From positions 820,152 to 884,151 of the forward strand of contig CAYYWQ010000001.1 of assembly GCA_964474825.1 (NCBI GenBank): a DNA stretch of 64,000 nt, written 5' to 3'. Position numbers and translations under genes: made by a program. Positions within the stretch are counted from its first letter, which is position 1; every line of letters starts with the position of its first letter. The notes under the pieces were generated by a model that did not search any database, was not told where the DNA came from, and worked only from the letters and a program-made list of their open reading frames with translations. Positions 39,940 through 49,023 of this stretch are shown one piece after another. The stretch is from an uncultured Candidatus Saccharibacteria bacterium. Lineage in GTDB: Bacteria; Patescibacteriota; Doudnabacteria; UBA920.

Positions 39940-39989
39940 AGATTCATTTAATTTTTAAGGGCTAAACTTTATGTATATTAACAAATAAT

Positions 39990-41432
39990 CTACTTCTCAT
40001 CAACTGCCTTTTTACGGCCCAAACTTATATGCCTTAGCCAAAAATATGCGCCGACAATAATGATCCCTAAAAACGCGAACTGGTATTGTGAAATTTTTAT
40101 GCTCACATTCCCGTAAGGCACATGGGAAAAATTTTCGGTTACGCTTAGCATATAACGTAAGGCAAGGCCGGCGGCAAAAGCAAAACCGCGACCAATCCAT
40201 GGCAAAACACTAAAAAACCCAAGGAGCATAGTTAGCGGAACCAAGGGTAAAATTAAAATGTTAACCAAAGGAGCAACAATACTTAACCGGCCAAAGGTAA
40301 ATAATATTAAGGGCAGGGTTGCGGCAATGGCGGAAATAGTCGTAAGCAAAGTGGATTTAATATTTAAAAAATTATCCCACTTGGGAGTTAACTGTTCCAG
40401 CAGCGGCATAAAATAAACAATACCCATGGTTGCCAAGAATGAAAGCTGGAAGCCCGCGTCCCAAAATAAAATTTTAGGGTTAAGGAGAAGCATTATAAAA
40501 GCCGCAAAAAATAACGAAGGCCCCACGCTATACTGGCGGCCAATATTCCCGGCGAGCAATAACAAAACTCCCATAACCGCCGCGCGTATAACAGAAGCAG
40601 ATGCGCCCGACAAAACAACAAAACCTAAAATGACCGCGAGCGTTATGTAAAGCCTGGCGCGCCTGCCAGGCCAATGGGCTAAAAAGCCCAGCCAAGACAC
40701 AATAATACTAATGTTATAACCGGAAATAGCAATAACATGGGAAACCCCGGTGGCGTTAAAGTTGTCTATAACTTCTTGCGGCAGGGTCTTCCTCGCGCCA
40801 ATTAATATACCCATAAGCAAACTGCTTTGCGGCTCCTGTAAAAACTTGTCTACCCTTTTCGTAAAACTCCACTTAATCTGCAGCAGCCACTCTTTTACCA
40901 AATTTTGCTTGTGACTTTTGAGCGGCAAAATTTTTGGATATTTCATAACCGCGTAAACATTGTGGCGTTCCAAATATTTTGGATAATCAAAATCGTCAAA
41001 AGCTTGCGGCTCCTGAACCTTGCCGTTGAGCACCACCCAGTCGCCGTAAAAATAATTTGAAGTTACGGGCACGCTCACTAAAATTCGCTGGCTAAACCCT
41101 TTGGGCAAAATTGTTAAAAACTGGAAAGTTTGGCGTATGTCTACATCTTCCACAATATAGCCTTCCATTTCCTGCTTGCTGTCGAACAATTCTTGATATT
41201 CGCTTTGGTACATAGATGCTTGCAACCTAAGCGCGCCTAAAGACGCGCAAAATAAAAACACCGCCATAAGCGGCAGTATTTTATTTTTTAAATTAAAGCT
41301 TAAAGCAAATGCGACAGCGCATAATGCTAAAGCAATGAAAATTATTTGTCTTGGCAAAACAAAACGTGAAGCCAGCCAGATCCCGGCTGCAAAACTCACC
41401 GCAATCCCTATAAAAATCCTGCTCTTAGACAT
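39990..41432 (-). CDS. comEC: ComEC/Rec2 competence membrane protein (no beta-lactamase domain)
   Basis: DUF4131-like OB region; TGVSHVIAISGYNI, SVIRAAVM and GFQLSFLAT motifs. Confidence 0.92.
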   Translation of the reverse strand: MSKSRIFIGIAVSFAAGIWLASRFVLPRQIIFIALALCAVAFALSFNLKNKILPLMAVFLFCASLGALRLQASMYQSEYQELFDSKQEMEGYIVEDVDIRQTFQFLTILPKGFSQRILVSVPVTSNYFYGDWVVLNGKVQEPQAFDDFDYPKYLERHNVYAVMKYPKILPLKSHKQNLVKEWLLQIKWSFTKRVDKFLQEPQSSLLMGILIGARKTLPQEVIDNFNATGVSHVIAISGYNISIIVSWLGFLAHWPGRRARLYITLAVILGFVVLSGASASVIRAAVMGVLLLLAGNIGRQYSVGPSLFFAAFIMLLLNPKILFWDAGFQLSFLATMGIVYFMPLLEQLTPKWDNFLNIKSTLLTTISAIAATLPLILFTFGRLSIVAPLVNILILPLVPLTMLLGFFSVLPWIGRGFAFAAGLALRYMLSVTENFSHVPYGNVSIKISQYQFAFLGIIIVGAYFWLRHISLGRKKAVDEK

Positions 41433-41646
41433 TCACCCGAAAAGTTTTAATTTTAGATTTCTGGCCCTTTGTTAGTTCAACCTGATGTTTCTTGAGTTTA
41501 AGATGTTCTGCCAAGGCCAAAATAACCGCTTCATTAGCCCTACCTTCCAGCGGCGGCGCGCTTACATAAATATGAAGTTGGCCGAACAAATCTTTTTCTA
41601 CGCGCGGTTTTTTGGAATTTGGATGTGCAGTAACAGTTATATTCAT
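41425..41646 (-). CDS. DUF167/YggU family protein
   Basis: V..HPNSK, APPLEGRANEA and G.KSK.K motifs. Confidence 0.88.
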   Translation of the reverse strand: MNITVTAHPNSKKPRVEKDLFGQLHIYVSAPPLEGRANEAVILALAEHLKLKKHQVELTKGQKSKIKTFRVNV

Positions 41647-41666
41647 TATAGTTAAAACTCCCTCGC

Positions 41667-42182
41667 CTAGGCGAGGGAGTTTTTTACGAGTTGTTCCTTA
41701 CGGTTTGCCACAAAATATTTAACTAACTCATAGACTCCAAATAATGCTACCGTGTAGCCAACGTCGCCTATTAAGGTTCCCCGGAAAAACGGGAGGCCGT
41801 TGGTGTACGCGGAAATTATACCGCCCCAAGTGTGGGGATATTCAGAATATAAAAAGGCAAAGTTTGTTGTCAGAAAAAACACAAGAGCGGAAATAAATCC
41901 GGAAACACCAATTTTGAGCCACTTATTGTCCGGCGACTTTTTTATCCAAAGCCCCAACAAAATCCCAAATAAGTGCGCCGCGTAAACCGCAACCATTTGC
42001 CAAAAGCCAAAAAAACCAAGAAAAATGTCTGAAACTAAACGCGCTGCCATAGTCATACCAACCGCCTGCTTCTTAGGCAAATTAGCTGCGGCAAAAATTG
42101 CCAAAGCCGTAATTGGCACGGCATTGGACATGTGAGGAACAAACCTGGTTGCTATTGCTAAAATTATTATTAAATAAATCAT
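41667..42182 (-). CDS. DUF6580-like membrane protein, putative ECF S-component-type (cobamide?) transporter
   Basis: RFVPH..N..PITALAIF, SDIFLG, FFLTTNF and YTNGLPFFRGTLIGD motifs; about 6 TM. Confidence 0.7.
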   Translation of the reverse strand: MIYLIIILAIATRFVPHMSNAVPITALAIFAAANLPKKQAVGMTMAARLVSDIFLGFFGFWQMVAVYAAHLFGILLGLWIKKSPDNKWLKIGVSGFISALVFFLTTNFAFLYSEYPHTWGGIISAYTNGLPFFRGTLIGDVGYTVALFGVYELVKYFVANRKEQLVKNSLA

Positions 42183-42466
42183 TTAGGTGCAATTAGTTTT
42201 TTATAATTATCATCTATTAACTTAAATAAATCATGCGCCACTTGATAGTCTTTTCTACTTTTTAAAATTTCCGAACACTTCTCTATTTCTGACATTACCC
42301 CCTCATCAAACAGTCGGGATCTTACAACCGAGTTTGCAATACCCTGAACCCGTCCAATATATTCATCAGGATCTAAAACTTCATTTTCTAATGTACCAAG
42401 TGAGTTTCTCAAATTTTCCAAGGACAACGCTCTTAAATTTGCTCTCCTGCTTTCTAAATTGTCCAT
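42179..42466 (-). CDS. Hypothetical protein (AT-rich ORFan)
   Basis: 95 aa; ATGA overlap with the downstream gene. Confidence 0.6.
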   Translation of the reverse strand: MDNLESRRANLRALSLENLRNSLGTLENEVLDPDEYIGRVQGIANSVVRSRLFDEGVMSEIEKCSEILKSRKDYQVAHDLFKLIDDNYKKLIAPK

Positions 42467-42469
42467 AAA

Positions 42470-43096
42470 TTATTTTATTGCTTCTAATTTCCATTCTATC
42501 TTGTCTTGGTCTTTGGGCTTGTAGCTGCTGGCGCCCACGTTGCTGGATTTACCGTTTACATAAAAGGCCCAAAAGTGCCTGGTGTCCGGCTTTATTCCGT
42601 CAATCACCACAACCATTTCGCCAATACTGCCGTAACTTTCGGTTTCTATTGTATGGTCGCGCCTTAATAAATCTATGGCATTTTCCCCTACAGGAACAAC
42701 AGTTGAAAGTTTATTTAAATTAGAACCTTCAACAGTTTGCGCAACCGTTATGGTTGGTGCTTTCGGAACGCTGGTGGGTGTTGGCTGATTTGGAATATAG
42801 TCAGGACCATTTGGATTGTCCCGCGTTTGCGTTTGCCCATTCGGCTTAGGCTCCTGGCAAGCGTCACCTACGTCGTTATGATCACTGTCTTTCTGGTCGG
42901 AGTTAGATATTGCTGGGCAGTTGTCGTCCAAATTTGAAACCCCGTCCTTGTCAAAATCAAGTTGCTCTGCGGCCTTCTTTACATCTGCCAGACGCAGCTC
43001 AGCATCAGATACAGAATCCTTACTATTATTACAGCCTGCTGCTAAAAGCGTTGCAACCAATAAAACTAATAAAATTTTTGTGTACTTTTTTTGCAT
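42470..43096 (-). CDS. Lipoprotein with thrombospondin type-3 Ca-binding repeats and a C-terminal DUF4430 (transcobalamin-like) domain
   Basis: LAAGC lipobox; DFDKDGV..DNCP..N.DQ.DSD..GDAC; V..IDGI..FWAFYVNGK..VGA..Y..D.IEW. Confidence 0.8.
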   Translation of the reverse strand: MQKKYTKILLVLLVATLLAAGCNNSKDSVSDAELRLADVKKAAEQLDFDKDGVSNLDDNCPAISNSDQKDSDHNDVGDACQEPKPNGQTQTRDNPNGPDYIPNQPTPTSVPKAPTITVAQTVEGSNLNKLSTVVPVGENAIDLLRRDHTIETESYGSIGEMVVVIDGIKPDTRHFWAFYVNGKSSNVGASSYKPKDQDKIEWKLEAIK

Positions 43097-43134
43097 AAAT
43101 CCTAAAAGCTAAAACCTAGAACCTAACACCTATT

Positions 43135-43749
43135 TTAATAGTCTATACCTTTTTGCGCAAGTATCCCCTTGTAATAAGGATGTTTAACCATTTTCATTTC
43201 CGTAACTAAATCACACTGCGCCACAATTTTGGGGTACTTGTTGTGCCCGGTTAAAACCAAATGTGTCATTTCGGGTTTTAATTTAATTAGGTCTAATATA
43301 TCGCGCTCTTCAATTAACTTGAGTTCCAAAGCAGAAATAAGTTCGTCTAAAATTATTACTTCATACTTTTTAGACAAAATAATTTCCCGTGCTCGTTCAA
43401 GACCATTAAGCGCCTCGCGAACATGCAAATCTTTTTGCTTTTGGTCGCCCAAAATTCCCACAAAGCCAATACCAACTTGTTCGTTGTCTATTTTACCAAC
43501 CTTTGACGAATAGCTAATGTTGTTAAAAAAATCAATTTCGCAGCTAAGCGGCCACTCACCCTCTTCGGTCTTGTCGACTGATGTTGCTTTAGCCTTTACA
43601 AACTGCAAAACAAAAACATTCATCCCCGCCCCACTAGCACGAACGGCAAGACCCATAGCAGCAGATGTTTTTCCCTTGCCTGTGCCAATGTAACAAATAA
43701 CCAGGCCTTTATTCTCTATTTTTTTATCGGGAATTTTTATCTTCGGCAT
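43135..43749 (-). CDS. cobO: ATP:cob(I)alamin adenosyltransferase (CobA/BtuR/CobO)
   Basis: GTGKGKTSAAMG, QFVK, ILDEL, VLTG, DLVTEM..KHPY..GIDY. Confidence 0.92.
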   Translation of the reverse strand: MPKIKIPDKKIENKGLVICYIGTGKGKTSAAMGLAVRASGAGMNVFVLQFVKAKATSVDKTEEGEWPLSCEIDFFNNISYSSKVGKIDNEQVGIGFVGILGDQKQKDLHVREALNGLERAREIILSKKYEVIILDELISALELKLIEERDILDLIKLKPEMTHLVLTGHNKYPKIVAQCDLVTEMKMVKHPYYKGILAQKGIDY

Positions 43750-43833
43750 AAATTTTTAGGCGGCCGGCTGGAACAGCCGGCCGCCTACTTTATAACTTTA
43801 TAAACTTGATAACTTTCAACTCTCAAAATTCGG

Positions 43834-46497
43834 CTAGCCGCATTTTGAATACCCACACATCTCACACTTTTGGCAGCCTTCGGCAAAGACTAACATGTTG
43901 GCGCAGGAAGGGCAGACTGGGGAGTTACCAAGGTTGGCAATGGAAACTTTGTGCGAAGTTTTGTAGGTTAGTTCACCGTTGGTCTTAATTTTTTCTTCCA
44001 CTGTAACGGTTTCGCTAATTTGTTCGCCAACTTTTAAAGCTGCGGCCGGGGCCATGGGAAGCTCTAACGCTAGCTGCTTACCGGGTCTCTTTATATGTTT
44101 TTCCAAAACTTTGGCAATGGCGTCCGGCAAGCTAAACACTACGCCGTCGGCAGAAAAGGAAACGTCGGGACTGCGAATGCCTTTTAACTGGGCAATAATT
44201 TCTTCGGTTGCCACGTTAGAACGCAGGGCCAAGCTAATCATTCGGGTAATAGCCTCGGTTTGAGCGCTAAAGAATCCGCCGGCTTTGCCCATGGTGGCAA
44301 AAACTTCAAACGGCCCTTCCTGGTCTTCGTTAATGGTAATGTACAAATTACCGTAAGCCGTGTTCATTTTATAAGTTACACCCTGCATTATGTCCGGGCG
44401 CTGTCTTGGCGCGTATTTTATTTGCACATTGTCGCCTACTACAGACATAACCTGTGGCTGCTCCAATTTCTTTTCCAACTTGTCTTCCGCGGCTTTTTTG
44501 TCCGAAGTCATTTTAGCTTCCACTTGGTCGGAGGCATCCTTCCCTAATTTGGTGTGGTCAGTGGCCAAAATTTGCTCGTCTCTGCTGCCGTCACGGTAAA
44601 TGGTGCCGCCCTTACAGCCTAAGTCGTACATTAAAGTGTAGAGCTGTTTGGTTTGTTCAATAGTGTAATCGGCCGGCGCATTGCAGGTTTTGGAAATGGC
44701 GCTGTCTGTCCAGCGCTGAACCGCGGCCTGGACTTTTACGTGCTCTTCAGGCATTAATTCCATTGCGGTTGTAAAATATTCCGGCAGTTCTTCTCCGGGG
44801 TGATTCTCCAGCCAGTCCTTAGCCAGCTTAATTTTTTCTTCGTGAACACCCAAACGACTCTTGCGGAAATATGTCCAGGAAAAGAACGGCTCAATGCCTG
44901 TAGATGTCCCAACCATGGTCCCCACAGTTCCGGTAGGCGCCTGAGTCATTATGGTAACGTTACGAATGCCGTACTGAGCAACAAGGTCCCGAATATAGCC
45001 GGGCATATTTTTCATAAAACCGGACTGCAAAAACTTGTCGGCATCAAACTGGGAGAAGGAACCTTTTTCGCGCGCAAGTTCCACCGAGGTTTCGTAAGCA
45101 GTAACCGCAATAAACTGGTAAAGCTTGTCTATAAATTCCACGCCTTTTTCGCTTCCGTATTTAAGCCCCAAATGAATTAACATTTCAGCCAAACCAATAG
45201 TGCCCATACCAACACGGCGTTCAGAGAGCTGCTGTTTTTTGTTCTCGTCAAAAAAGTAAGGAGTGGCGTCTATAACATTGTCCTGGAAACGCACAGCCTG
45301 CTGTACTGTAGTTTTTAATTCATTCCACAAAACTTCGCGCGTGTCTTTGTTAACATGCTTGGCCAAATTTACGTGCCCCAAATTACAAACGCCCCAGGCC
45401 GGCAGCGGCTGCTCTCCGCAAGGGTTAGTGCAAGGCAAGTCCGCGTAGTAATATGAGTTAGAAAAATAGTTAGCGCGGTCAATAAAATACATACCGGGTT
45501 CCGCGGACTTCCAGGCCGACTCAATTATGTTGGTCCAAATATCCTGGGCACGCACAGTTTTGTGTTTAATAACTTTGCCGCCTAATTCCTTCCAGCGTTT
45601 AATGTTGCCGTCCCACTTTTTTTCGTACAAAGGGTCTGTGGGGTCCGGGAAAATTAAATCCCATGGCTGGTCATTTTTTACAGCTTCCATAAAATCGTCG
45701 GTAATGCCTACGGAAATGTTGGCATTGGTAATTTTACCGGCTTCTTTTTTGCTGTTTATAAAGTCTATAACATCTGGGTGCCAAACATTCAAGATTAACA
45801 TCAAGGCCCCGCGTCTGCTGCCACCCTGTTCAATTAAGCCGGTAACGAATGAATAAAGAGATGCCCAGGAAACAGACCCAGAAGAGCGTCCGTTAACGCC
45901 TTTAACATAAGCATAGCGTGGCCGAAGGGATGATACATTAATTCCCACTCCGCCGCCGCGGCTCATAATTTCCGCCATCTGACTTAGCGTGTCAAAAATT
46001 CCCTGCCTGCTGTCTTTCGGATGCGGAATAACATAGCAGTTATAAAAAGTTAAATTCTGTCCCGTACCCGCGCCTGTAAAAATTCTGCCGGCTGGTACGT
46101 ATTTCCAGTCGTCCATCATTTCCCGGAATTTGCTTTCCCATTCCGTTCTTTTCTCCGCAGTTTTTTCCACGCTGGCAATGTGCCGGGCAATGCGTTCAAA
46201 CATTTGTTCCGGCACAGTTTCAAGCGGCTTGTCTACGTGTTCAATAGTGCGCATTTCCAAACTGTTGTCGCGCATTCTCACCTGGACTTCTTTTTTACCC
46301 AAATCTAAACTTTCAATAACCCCGATTTCCCGCTGTCCGGTTTTTGGATTTACCAAAACCACAACCGTGTCACCCACGGCTAAAGTTTCCCGCTTAACGT
46401 CCTTAACCGCATAGCGGTCTAAAAATATTTTTTCGCCTAATTCGGAAAGGCCGTTTACTTTTCGGGTTTGCAAGTTTTCTTTTATTTGGGTAGACAT
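43834..46497 (-). CDS. nrdJ: Adenosylcobalamin-dependent class II ribonucleotide reductase
   Basis: NCYV, GGSRRGA, TNPCGEQ, CNLG and APTGT motifs; TSCPD-like domain and C-terminal Cys ribbon; no radical-transfer YY. Confidence 0.93.
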   Translation of the reverse strand: MSTQIKENLQTRKVNGLSELGEKIFLDRYAVKDVKRETLAVGDTVVVLVNPKTGQREIGVIESLDLGKKEVQVRMRDNSLEMRTIEHVDKPLETVPEQMFERIARHIASVEKTAEKRTEWESKFREMMDDWKYVPAGRIFTGAGTGQNLTFYNCYVIPHPKDSRQGIFDTLSQMAEIMSRGGGVGINVSSLRPRYAYVKGVNGRSSGSVSWASLYSFVTGLIEQGGSRRGALMLILNVWHPDVIDFINSKKEAGKITNANISVGITDDFMEAVKNDQPWDLIFPDPTDPLYEKKWDGNIKRWKELGGKVIKHKTVRAQDIWTNIIESAWKSAEPGMYFIDRANYFSNSYYYADLPCTNPCGEQPLPAWGVCNLGHVNLAKHVNKDTREVLWNELKTTVQQAVRFQDNVIDATPYFFDENKKQQLSERRVGMGTIGLAEMLIHLGLKYGSEKGVEFIDKLYQFIAVTAYETSVELAREKGSFSQFDADKFLQSGFMKNMPGYIRDLVAQYGIRNVTIMTQAPTGTVGTMVGTSTGIEPFFSWTYFRKSRLGVHEEKIKLAKDWLENHPGEELPEYFTTAMELMPEEHVKVQAAVQRWTDSAISKTCNAPADYTIEQTKQLYTLMYDLGCKGGTIYRDGSRDEQILATDHTKLGKDASDQVEAKMTSDKKAAEDKLEKKLEQPQVMSVVGDNVQIKYAPRQRPDIMQGVTYKMNTAYGNLYITINEDQEGPFEVFATMGKAGGFFSAQTEAITRMISLALRSNVATEEIIAQLKGIRSPDVSFSADGVVFSLPDAIAKVLEKHIKRPGKQLALELPMAPAAALKVGEQISETVTVEEKIKTNGELTYKTSHKVSIANLGNSPVCPSCANMLVFAEGCQKCEMCGYSKCG

Positions 46498-46530
46498 AAT
46501 TTTAGAATTTAGAATATTGAATTTAGATTT

Positions 46531-46977
46531 TTATAATTTTTTTAGTTCTGCTTTAAACTCTTCCACGTCTTCAAACTGGCGATAAACAGCGGCAAAGCGG
46601 ATGTAAGCAACCTTGTCCGTCTTTCTTAATTTTTTCATAACTATTTCGCCAATGTCCGCGCTCTTTATTTCCCCGTCTTTGGCTTTACGCTGAATGTCTA
46701 TTTCTATAGAGGAAAGCAGTTTGCGGAATGTCTCGTCTGTATGGGGCCGCTTGTCCAGCGGCAGGCGGATACTGCGCTCAAGCTTCTCCCTGGAAAATGG
46801 CTGCTTCTTCCCTTCCTTTTTTACTACCGACAAATCCAGAATTTCTATTTCTTCATAGGTGCTAAACCGGAACTCACACTTGTCGCATTCGCGGCGGCGC
46901 CTAATTGCATTGCCTTCGTCTACAGGCCTACTATCCAGCACCTTAGTGTCTTCATTGCTGCAATTTGGACAACGCAT
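46531..46977 (-). CDS. nrdR: Transcriptional repressor NrdR
   Basis: MRCPNC..VLDSR..IRRRREC..RFSTYE; ATP cone; VAYIRFA. Confidence 0.97.
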   Translation of the reverse strand: MRCPNCSNEDTKVLDSRPVDEGNAIRRRRECDKCEFRFSTYEEIEILDLSVVKKEGKKQPFSREKLERSIRLPLDKRPHTDETFRKLLSSIEIDIQRKAKDGEIKSADIGEIVMKKLRKTDKVAYIRFAAVYRQFEDVEEFKAELKKL

Positions 46978-47175
46978 ACTTTTAAAAGTTAACGGTCAAA
47001 TGGCTTAAAATATTTAATCTTATTATTTTTAGGGAAATTTAAAAACCCTTCTTTCCTATAAAATAGGATATTTGGCGCAGTAGCTCCTAACTTTCCCCTC
47101 TTCCCCAAATGAAGGGTTTTATGCGGTTTTGTTTTAAACTTGGCTTTTATGTCTGGAATCTCAGATATTCTGAAA

Positions 47176-47231
47176 CCACAATATGTAGTGCGTTACTAGT
47201 TAACTATAATACTACATATAGTTTATGTCAA
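47176..47231 (-). promoter_or_regulatory. Tandem NrdR boxes (47176-47191, 47209-47224) overlapping a TTGACA-17-TATAGT promoter
   Basis: CCACAATATGTAGTGC and ATACTACATATAGTTT match acaCwAtATaTwGtgt; box 2 fills the -35/-10 spacer. Confidence 0.85.
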
Positions 47232-47352
47232 AAGCTTTATATTTTAAATCAAATCCTGTTTTGGCATTTAGATATCCACAAAAATAAATTAAAAAACTCT
47301 CCGGCGGCCACGAGGGACGCCGGAGAACAAAGATAATCCCCTTGCGCGAACG

Positions 47353-48024
47353 TCAATGAACGTTCGGCGGACGAAATCTGGCAGACTTGATGTAAATGCC
47401 CGCGCCCTCCAGGTGGGGTGCAAGATAATCAGTGACCATCTTGCGAAACTCCTTCTGCTGGTTGGCGTCGTAGGAGTTGTAAAACCTCCCTAAGGCAGTG
47501 TGGTTCGCGTGCTCGAACTCGTTCAGATACCACTGCAGAGTGGCCTGCGGTGTCGCGATCCACTCCGTCTTACGACGCCGTAGGTAACCCTCCACCGTTC
47601 CCACGGTTTCCAGCTCAACTTCACAAACCAACTCCTTGACCTCAGGGTTCGGGTTAATGGGGCTTGAGCCAACCCGAGCCGCTGCCGTAAGGCGCGAGTA
47701 CACTTCTCTTGTTGTGCCCTTGAGACGTTTGTCCCACGACCACAGAAGGGCGCCGTTGGGAAAATCAACAACTACTCGGTCGGCCGACAGGATCACAGTT
47801 TGAGAATCAATTCGCGTAACCGCCTGCCACCAGCCCAGGACAGCGACAAAGATAAATAACACCATCCCTGTCAAAGCCAAGTCAAAGAAATCCGGCGCTT
47901 TTCTCTCTTCATTACAGTCGTCCCTGTACTTCTTATTCTGCCATCGGTAAACCATAACGGGAACCCCGATGCCGACAGCAAAAGCCAAAGCAAGTACCAC
48001 AAAAGTCGGGTATGCATCAAGCAA
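47353..48024 (-). CDS. Hypothetical two-TM protein, GC-richer than neighbours
   Basis: TTG start after AAGGAGGAG; two N-terminal TMs. Confidence 0.7.
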   Translation of the reverse strand: MLDAYPTFVVLALAFAVGIGVPVMVYRWQNKKYRDDCNEERKAPDFFDLALTGMVLFIFVAVLGWWQAVTRIDSQTVILSADRVVVDFPNGALLWSWDKRLKGTTREVYSRLTAAARVGSSPINPNPEVKELVCEVELETVGTVEGYLRRRKTEWIATPQATLQWYLNEFEHANHTALGRFYNSYDANQQKEFRKMVTDYLAPHLEGAGIYIKSARFRPPNVH

Positions 48025-48135
48025 AATCCGCTCCTCCTTAGTGAGCTTCTAATATATTAACATTTCCCAATACATAAAAAAACTCCCCGGAGGCACAGCC
48101 GAAGAGTTTTTAATATTATTACAAATTTCCAATTC

Positions 48136-48534
48136 TTATTGTGACCAGTGCATTGTGAATGCGCCGGCTACGGAACCAGCAGACGCAGTCTGGGGTTTAG
48201 AATAGTCAGGCACTAAACTTGAAAGGCCAGCCATGGCGACAATCTTGGTGTCAGCATTGTCCATAACAAAGGCTAAACCCTCGTGGTAGCTTTGGCCATA
48301 AAATGCCAAGCTTTCCGAGGCAGGGCCTGTAATATAACTATGGACAAAATTTCCATAGCTACTGGCCGTGCTGTCTAACATAGCCACTACATTTTCCGGA
48401 GTAGGAGCCTGGGGCAGGGCGTTTGCTCTGCTGAAGCTGGCGTCGCTGGCACTAATGGCAAACATAAATGCCAATGAGAACAGCGAGACACCTAACAGAC
48501 TCATTACTTTTACCGGAGTTTCTTCAGTCATCAT
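48136..48534 (-). CDS. Hypothetical secreted/membrane protein
   Basis: N-terminal hydrophobic segment; GSVAGA C-terminal motif. Confidence 0.7.
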   Translation of the reverse strand: MMTEETPVKVMSLLGVSLFSLAFMFAISASDASFSRANALPQAPTPENVVAMLDSTASSYGNFVHSYITGPASESLAFYGQSYHEGLAFVMDNADTKIVAMAGLSSLVPDYSKPQTASAGSVAGAFTMHWSQ

Positions 48535-48901
48535 AAATTTTTATTTATTTTTTTTTAAAGACTAAAGTAACCTATTTTAAAAATCCTTTGGGCTGCAATT
48601 TTAGTATTTCGGCATCTTGTCAGAAAAAATTTTTCAGCTTAGCTTTGGCTAAACCTCAAAATTTATTTCTGCCGATCTGCTCGAAATCCTAAAATTTCGC
48701 CTCTCAAATTATTTTTCAAATAGGTTAGCAAAAAATTTAGCTCTCCAATTGTCAGAGCCAATCGCTAATCTTTAAAATCTTCTTTTCTTAATTGTGTTTT
48801 GTTTTTGTTTCTTAATCCGCGATTTTGGCGGATTTAGATAAAGTTTTCTTTGCCTTTTTGGCAATCGACCTTTGAAAACCTTGTACATGTATTATAGCAC
48901 A

Positions 48902-49022
48902 GCTGCGGAAAAAAAGCAAGAGGTTTCCACTACAGATGCCTACAGAATAAAAAAACTTCCGCCCAATCAGGATGGAAGTTTCTGTAGGTATCTGTAGTGA
49001 ATTTTTTCTGTAGCTCCGTAGC
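48902..49022. repeat. CACTACAGATGCCTACAGAA-family palindrome enclosing the ftsZ terminator hairpin
   Basis: Arms at 48928-48947 and 48980-48999; inner AAACTTCC..GGAAGTTT stem. Confidence 0.75.
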
Positions 49023-49023
49023 C

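Noticed and set aside
46980-47175. Possible cobalamin riboswitch ahead of the nrdR-nrdJ-cobO operon
   Set aside because: No B12-box or other conserved cobalamin riboswitch core was recognised; NrdR boxes explain the regulation.
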